From the NCBI RefSeq assembly GCF_009914755.1, contig NC_060930.1: a stretch of 64,000 nt of DNA; one strand, given 5' to 3'. The notes beneath the pieces were generated by a model. It was not told where the DNA came from, ran no database searches, and saw only the letters and a list, made by a program, of their open reading frames with translations. Of the stretch, positions 57,800 to 64,000 are shown in pieces. The translations under genes were made by a program, and so were the position numbers. The number at the start of each line of letters is the position of its first letter. The stretch's first letter is position 1. The stretch is from the human T2T-CHM13v2.0 reference genome, Homo sapiens.

Positions 57800-58790
57800 T
57801 CTCTTTATTAATTCATTAGAAGGTTATGCCAGGCACTGTGTCAGGTTCTGCATATTCAACGATGAACAAAACAGATATGATCACTATCATTATGGAACTC
57901 GCTATCTGGTAAGAGAGATAAGCACTAATCCAGCAAAACTCAAAACTGTAAAAGTGCAATAAGTTCTAGAAGATATGCATGAGTGATGAGAGAGAATAAT
58001 GGGAAGGTGAAAGAGAAGGCCTCAATGAAAAAGCAACACTTAAACACCTGCTAGATTAGCATGAACTAGGTAGAGAGTAAGGAGAGAGGAGCTCAGGGTG
58101 CTGGGGAAAATAGCTGTAGGAACAACAGAAAGCAAGTGCAAAGGCTGTGAGGTGGAAACAAGATTAGTGCCTTACCGTCTGAGAGACACAGTAGTTATAG
58201 GAAATGAACAAAGAGAAGGATGAAAAGATATTATGTTGAATATTCAGAGATCAACTCACACAGAACCTTAAGAACATTGTCAAGATTTTGGGCTTTAAGT
58301 GTCATGGGAAGTCAATAAAAGGTTTTAAGCCAAGACAGTTAATCTCTTTCTTTTTAAAAAAATCACTGTGGGTACTATGTGGAAAATGGATGGAGGTAGT
58401 CAAGAAAGGAAAAAAAGTGAGTATTCTAGGCAAGGGATGCTGTAGTTTATATAAAAGTGTTTGCTTGTGTGAGAAGCTCAGTAGAAAGAGGACACCAGTT
58501 ACTAAATGAAAATAATAGGGGTAGAGCACGTTTGTAGGATGAAACTCAGAAATTTAACCTTGGACACATTATATTTGAGATTCTTTTGACAAATATGGAA
58601 AATATAGGTAGCATAATATAGGTATCAAGAGCAAAGAACTGTGGACTGATCTGGAGATATGAATTTGAGTTATTTGCCTAAAAGTGCTACTGAAAGCCAC
58701 AGGATTACGTGAGATTATCAAAAGGCGGTGTGCTCCTAAAGAAAAGGAAAGCTAAGATGAATCCTTGATAATTCTAACACTAGAAGTTTA
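57800..58790 (-). mobile_element. L2 fragment
   Basis: ATGCCAGGCACTGTG...GATGAACAAAACAGA; GCAAAGGCTGTGAGGTGG; TTTGGGCTTTAAG...GGTTTTAAGC; TTGGACAC..TATTTGAGA. Confidence 0.65.
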
Positions 58791-60792
58791 TGGGAAAAAA
58801 GCCACTTCTATGTAACTAATCCCAAGAAACTTAACATCAGTGAGCTATGCCAAGAAATCAATCAACAGATGAGATGACTGAGATTTACCATTGTAGGACA
58901 AACTGTAAACCGTCTAGTGTTGTGTTCCATCGTGTCAACGGATATATTTTTATCTCTTTGTGCATCATAGCCCAATAAATGCAGTTCAAGGAGGAGTTGC
59001 CAGTTATTGACTGATTATTATAGCTCAGAGATTATAAAATAATCTATGTACTTTGTATGTATTAAGAGATACTGGGCTTTGGAGAACAGTGGCTAAGCAT
59101 AGGGTCCAAAGCTTTTTGAAAGATCTACAACCTTGGTGCCAGGCAACAGTGTCAGTAACACTCCAACAGAAAGAAACAAGGTCAGCAGGTGTGTCATACT
59201 CAGTATCTCTCCATTCAGCTTATAGAAGATTGCTTCTGTCTCCCACTTTGAACTAAATAAGATTCCAGGCCTCTTTGCCAATTCTGGGATGCGGGCACCT
59301 TGAGAAGAAGATGCTAGGTTTTGTCTAATAGGGCAGAAGGGTGCTCAAGTGAAATATTATCATAAATGTATGCAAAGCTGATAGAGTGGGTCATATGGGT
59401 TAAATATATAACTAGTATATTAAATTAGCTTACTCAGTAGGATACAATCTAAAAATACTTCTTTGTTCTTAATGCTATCTTTCCAGTCTGCTCTATTGTA
59501 TTTCACATCTCTTTGGTGGGCTGCAATGGGGTATGCTCCTATTTCACAAACAGTAGAACAAGAGTGTCTCCTAATAACAAGAGCTGGGCTCTGGAGCATG
59601 GGCAAATATAAGGAGCATGGGCAAAACCATCTTAATAGGTGAGGCCATAGCATCAGGAAGAAGCTGTATGGGGTCATGCCTTCTAGGCTAAAAAATCCCT
59701 TCAAATCCTCTTTCTCGTCAGAGTAACTCATGGATGCTCTCTTGTGTGTGGCCTTTTATGTCTCAAGTAGCTTTGGCTAGTTAGCAAGTCATTCCATTTA
59801 AAATGTTTGGGATCTTGTCATCTGTTGTGTTCAGCATTGAGTTTCCATCCAGAACTCCTAGACAACAAGATGGTAGCCCATTAAATAAACCCTTGGTTGT
59901 AGAAGATACTATCTCCATCTTCCAAAGGAGAAAACTGAGGTTCAGAGAGAGTAAGTGACTTTCTGCAGGTACAGGTGTAACAAATGACAGTGAAAGATTT
60001 TCACCATGTTCTGTTGAACCTCTAAATTGTTTCAGTTGCACTGCAGTAATCTGTGTTTAAGAAATCAAGCCAGATAGACTATCATTTAGAAACTACCCAC
60101 CTAACTAATTAATTAGTTAATTTGCATGTAACAGATTAAAGCAGTGATTTTTTTCAACCAGGGATATAGATCGGAATCACTTTTTAAAACTATAGATCTC
60201 AAAACTCCAATTTTGGAATTCTGATTCACAAGTTTGAGACTAGGTTTGTTAATCTTTATATTAGTTTTTAATGAGGGAAACTGCTGGGTTAAACTTTCAC
60301 TTTTCTTTAGTATGTTATTTGAGGTTGTCTTGTCTACTCAAGTTTTTAGTGAATACGCATATTTAAAAATCTGCAAACTTAGGAGTGGAAGTAGATTAAA
60401 GGATATTTGTTTAAGGTAAAATGGGAGCAGGAAATTATATTGTTGGAGTATCAGTCACTTAGGCACACAAAGAATAAGGAAGGTTCTTTCTGTAAGCAAA
60501 TTACAAAACCAGCACAAAGGCAAGTAAAGCAGTGATTTATGGACTTCAACTAACCTTACCTTTGCCTGGATTCTGTCTAAATTTTATCAAAATATAGCAT
60601 AGGTACATTCATAGTATACCTTACTCACGTCTTCATCACTTCAAAAGCAAGTGAAGAGCCGACAAGATTTCTTATTTAAAATGGCACTTGTTTACATTTC
60701 TTGCCTTTCCTATCTTTTAACTAAAATGCTTATACAAACATAGGAAAAGTTGAAAATATACCACCACCTAAAATTAAGATCTAGGGACAACA

Positions 60793-60923
60793 TCAGGAGG
60801 CTGAGTCAGGAGAATGGTATGAACCCGGGAGGTGGAGCTTGCAGTGAGCCAAGGTCGTGCCACTGCACTCCAGCCTGGGTGACAGAGCAACACTCCGTCT
60901 CAAAAAAAAAAAAAAAAAAAAAA
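60793..60923 (+). mobile_element. 5'-truncated AluY (right-arm part only)
   Basis: GGAGAATGG..TGAACCCGGGAGGTGGAGCTTGCAGTGAGCC, long A tail; TSD ATCTAGGGACAAC at 60779-60791 and 60924-60936. Confidence 0.92.
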
Positions 60924-61761
60924 ATCTAGGGACAACTTGAAGCAAACATCTGGAAAGAATCTGTACAAAGCACAAGACAGATGAATTCAGTTTGCCTTCA
61001 AATGGAACCCTGAGTACATTTTTTTCTCAACCTGACTTCCAAGTATAAATCTGAGAAGTGGATTCAGTCATGACTCAAATGGAAAAAGAGACTGAAAAAA
61101 GACAATCTAACATCTTGCCTATGGAAAAATAGTTTAGGCAGATAGAATCTCTTTCAAAAATTAGTACAGAGAAAAGAGCCAACATGAAACACATAAAATA
61201 TTTCTTTTTTTTCTTGTCACTGACAAAGTTCAGGAAAATATTTCTTAATAAACTTAAGAATATAGATATTTTTCTAAATACCACTTCATCTGTATCTCAC
61301 GTTTTGATATGTATTTTTTATTATTGTTCAACTCTAAGTTTGCAACCCATGAGTTATTTGAGAATATGTTTTTAGTTTCAAACATACTTTATTTATTCTA
61401 TTTTCATTTCACTGTTAGTTCTCTAGTAATGTTTTAAGACAAATTTGTTGTAAGATAATATAATTGCTTCTAATAATTTTGTTTTCTAATAAAATTGTTT
61501 TAAGATAGGAAAAATATTCCATATGTCTGTTTTTTGAAATTTGTTGAGATTACTTGTGAGCTAGTACATGATCAATGTGTACTTGAAAAGAATATGTTTT
61601 ATCTTGTGTGTATGATTTTTATGATTTATCTTTAGATCAATATTATTGACCTACAGCCAGTCCAGATATAACATAAAGCAGAAAAATTATAAAATTCCAC
61701 ATTATCAAGAGTAAACAGGAAAGTTAAGACTGTGGGGCTAGACAAAATTTGTTTCAGATTT

Positions 61762-61892
61762 CAGAGGAAGCATGACCCTGTCAACACCTTAATTTCAGAC
61801 TTCTAGCTTCCAAAAATGAGACCACAAATTTCATTGTTCTAAGCCACCCAGTTTGTGATACTTTGCTATGTCAGCTGTAGAAAATTAACACT
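61762..61892 (+). mobile_element. MLT1 (B/C-type) LTR 3' fragment
   Basis: CAGAGGAAGCATGACCCTGTCAACACCTTAATTTCAGACTTCTAGC...TAAGCCACCCAGTTTGTGATACTTTG. Confidence 0.75.
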
Positions 61893-62146
61893 AAGATGTT
61901 TGCAGATATTTCTTAGTGAATCTAAAGAGTTCATAATAGCATCAAAATGTAGAAAAATTCAAAGTAATATTTTAAAATTAAAAGTGGGATAAAGATCTAG
62001 CTGGAAATCCTAAATGAATATCAGAATAAAATTCTGGAATGAATGAATGGCATGAAAAACTGGAATTCATTTGAACTCATTGCCAATGCTCAGTCTTGAA
62101 AAGTAAAAAAAGATACAGATGGATATTTTAGCATTTTAAAATTACT

Positions 62147-64000
62147 GAGGGAAGAGCCAATATGGCTGACTAGATGCAGCCAGGAAGAGCTTCTCCCACT
62201 AAGAGAGACCAGACCACCAAGTACACCGGCATACTCTAAACAGATCTTCAGAAAAAAGGCATTGAGAGTAGATAGAGGGAGGATATAGATCCTGGGCTGA
62301 AAGGGGAAAAAGCTAGAAAGGCCACACAGGGCTGCAGAGCAACAGAATTCATTCCTTGCCATGAACAGATTCTAGGGAAGGGGTAAGTCAAATAGGTGTA
62401 GAACAGTCCACTCTTGCCACAGACCTCCAGGATCCTAGCTGTGGAGACCCAACAACCCCCATGGACATTTTGAGTTTTAGAGGGGAATTGCCTGGTAAGT
62501 TGGCAGAGACAGAACTCCAGTCTGCACAGACCCTGGAGGGTTTGGTGCGGGAATGGCTACAGTGGAGCATAGCCATTGCTTATCCCCCAAAGTTCACCAT
62601 ACTTCTCTAGTTGGCTTTAGCTTTCGTTAGCTGCCAGACCTGGAGAGAGCAGGGCTGTCTTGCCCAGTGGACACAGTCAGTCTGATCTGAATGCCCCCTC
62701 TATCTGCCGGCCTCTCCCAGGGTCCCTGTCTGGATGCACCCGCTTACAGTACAGCCTCAGGTGCCCTGCCAAAATGCTTGCCTGTGGTCACCACCATAGC
62801 TCTTTTGCCAGCAGCCCCCATCATCCCATCAGAGTACTTTTGCAGATGGAACCCTTCCAGTGCACACTCACTAGCAACCTCCCCTCATCACCTTGTTGGT
62901 GTGTGCACACATGCATACAGAAACACCACTGCCCCACTGGCTAACACACACACAGGGCCCCCTGCTACTCCACCAGCGTGCACATGTCTGGGTCTCATCT
63001 ACCACTCTGTTGGTGTGCATTCATCCATACTCTACCCACCCCATTGCTGCACTAGTGCACAGTTGCCTGCAGCTGCCTCGCTGGTGCACACTCATCCAGG
63101 ACCGTCTGCTGAAATGCACTCTCCCACGGTGCACCTGCCATCCTGCCAGAGCACTTTTGCTAACAGCTCCCATCAGAATGTTATTGCCAGTGGACTGGGA
63201 ACACCTCTTCCCCTCCAGTGCAGTTGGTGCTTGGCCTTGAGGAACCGGAAAGCAAAACCAGGGTCCTGGTCCTAGACCGCATTGTTAGAACACGCAGCCC
63301 AGGAATGCTGAGTTAAACACTGGCCCCCTGAAGATATCCAGAAATGAAGCCAATTGACTAAACCCAACTTATACCACAGTCAAACCCTCAAGGACAACAA
63401 AGAATTGAAAAGCTAAAAGCCCCATTCACAAGGCCAGCAACTTCAGAGATTAAAGGAACATTAGCACACACAGATGAGAAGGAACCAATGCAAGCATTCT
63501 GGCAACTCTAAAAGCCAGAGTGTCTTCTTGCCTCCAAATAACCACACTAACTTCCCAGCAGTGGTTCTTAACCAGACTGAAATGGGTGAAATGACATAGA
63601 ATTCAGAATCTGGATGGCAAGGAAACTCAATGAGATCCAGGATTAGGTTGAAACCCAATGTAAGGAAACCAGTAAAATGATCGAATGAAAGATGACACAG
63701 CCATTTTAAGAAAGAAGCAAACTTAACTTCTGGAAATAAAAAAATTCCCCAAAGGAATCTTATAATACAAATGGAAACATTAATAACAGAATAGACCAAG
63801 CTGAGGAAAGAATCTCAGAGCTCAAAGACCACTTCTTCCAATCAACACAGGCAGACAAGAAATTTTTTTTTTAATTTTAAATGAATAAAACCTCCAAGAA
63901 ATATTGGATTATGTAAAGAGACCAAACCTATGACTCGTTGGCATTACTGAAAGAAATAGAGAGAGCACAAACAGCATGGTAAACGTATTTGAGTGTATAG
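62147..64000 (+). mobile_element. L1 (L1PA13-16/L1P4-type) 5'UTR and disrupted ORF1 start; continues past the window
   Basis: GCCAATATGGCTGACTAGATGCAGC start (degenerate YY1 site), GC-rich UTR, ORF1 from ~63474 ATGAGAAGGAACCAATGC...GAATTCAGAATCTGGAT...AGAATAGACCAAGCTGAGGAAAGAATCTCAGAGCT, TGGATTATGTAAAGAGACCAAACCTA. Confidence 0.85.

Noticed and set aside
62691-63275. 194-aa Pro/Ala/His-rich ORF
   Set aside because: Lies in the GC-rich, internally repetitive 5'UTR of an old L1, where stop codons are scarce in all frames.

Overview
Primate (probably hominid) genomic DNA with no recognisable intact protein-coding gene, rRNA gene, functional tRNA gene or CRISPR array. It reads as a large intron or an intergenic stretch made mostly of transposable elements: about 13 Alus or Alu monomers; L1 fragments from young (L1PA2/3-like, 3.3 kb with RT motif) to old (L1MA); the 5' end of an L1PA13-16-type element running off the right edge; a decayed ~7.4 kb MER4-group ERV; MaLR/ERVL solo LTRs; hAT-Charlie DNA transposons; and L2 and MIR fragments. 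Almost all long ORFs in the track come from L1, Alu or LTR sequence. The most unusual structures are (1) a ~515-bp local inverted duplication (15587-16099 vs 17227-17741) that copies an LTR together with its flank and contains a 66-bp perfectly complementary core, (2) a fold-back hairpin replacing the ERV 5' LTR (54418-54603), (3) a full-length CCA-ended tRNA-Glu relic in the ERV leader, (4) a three-arm Alu with a template-switch palindrome, and (5) an unassigned protein-like ORF and a well-formed candidate cassette exon. I find no convincing evidence of a novel multi-gene system. Subfamily names were assigned from memory of consensus sequences and need RepeatMasker/Dfam confirmation.
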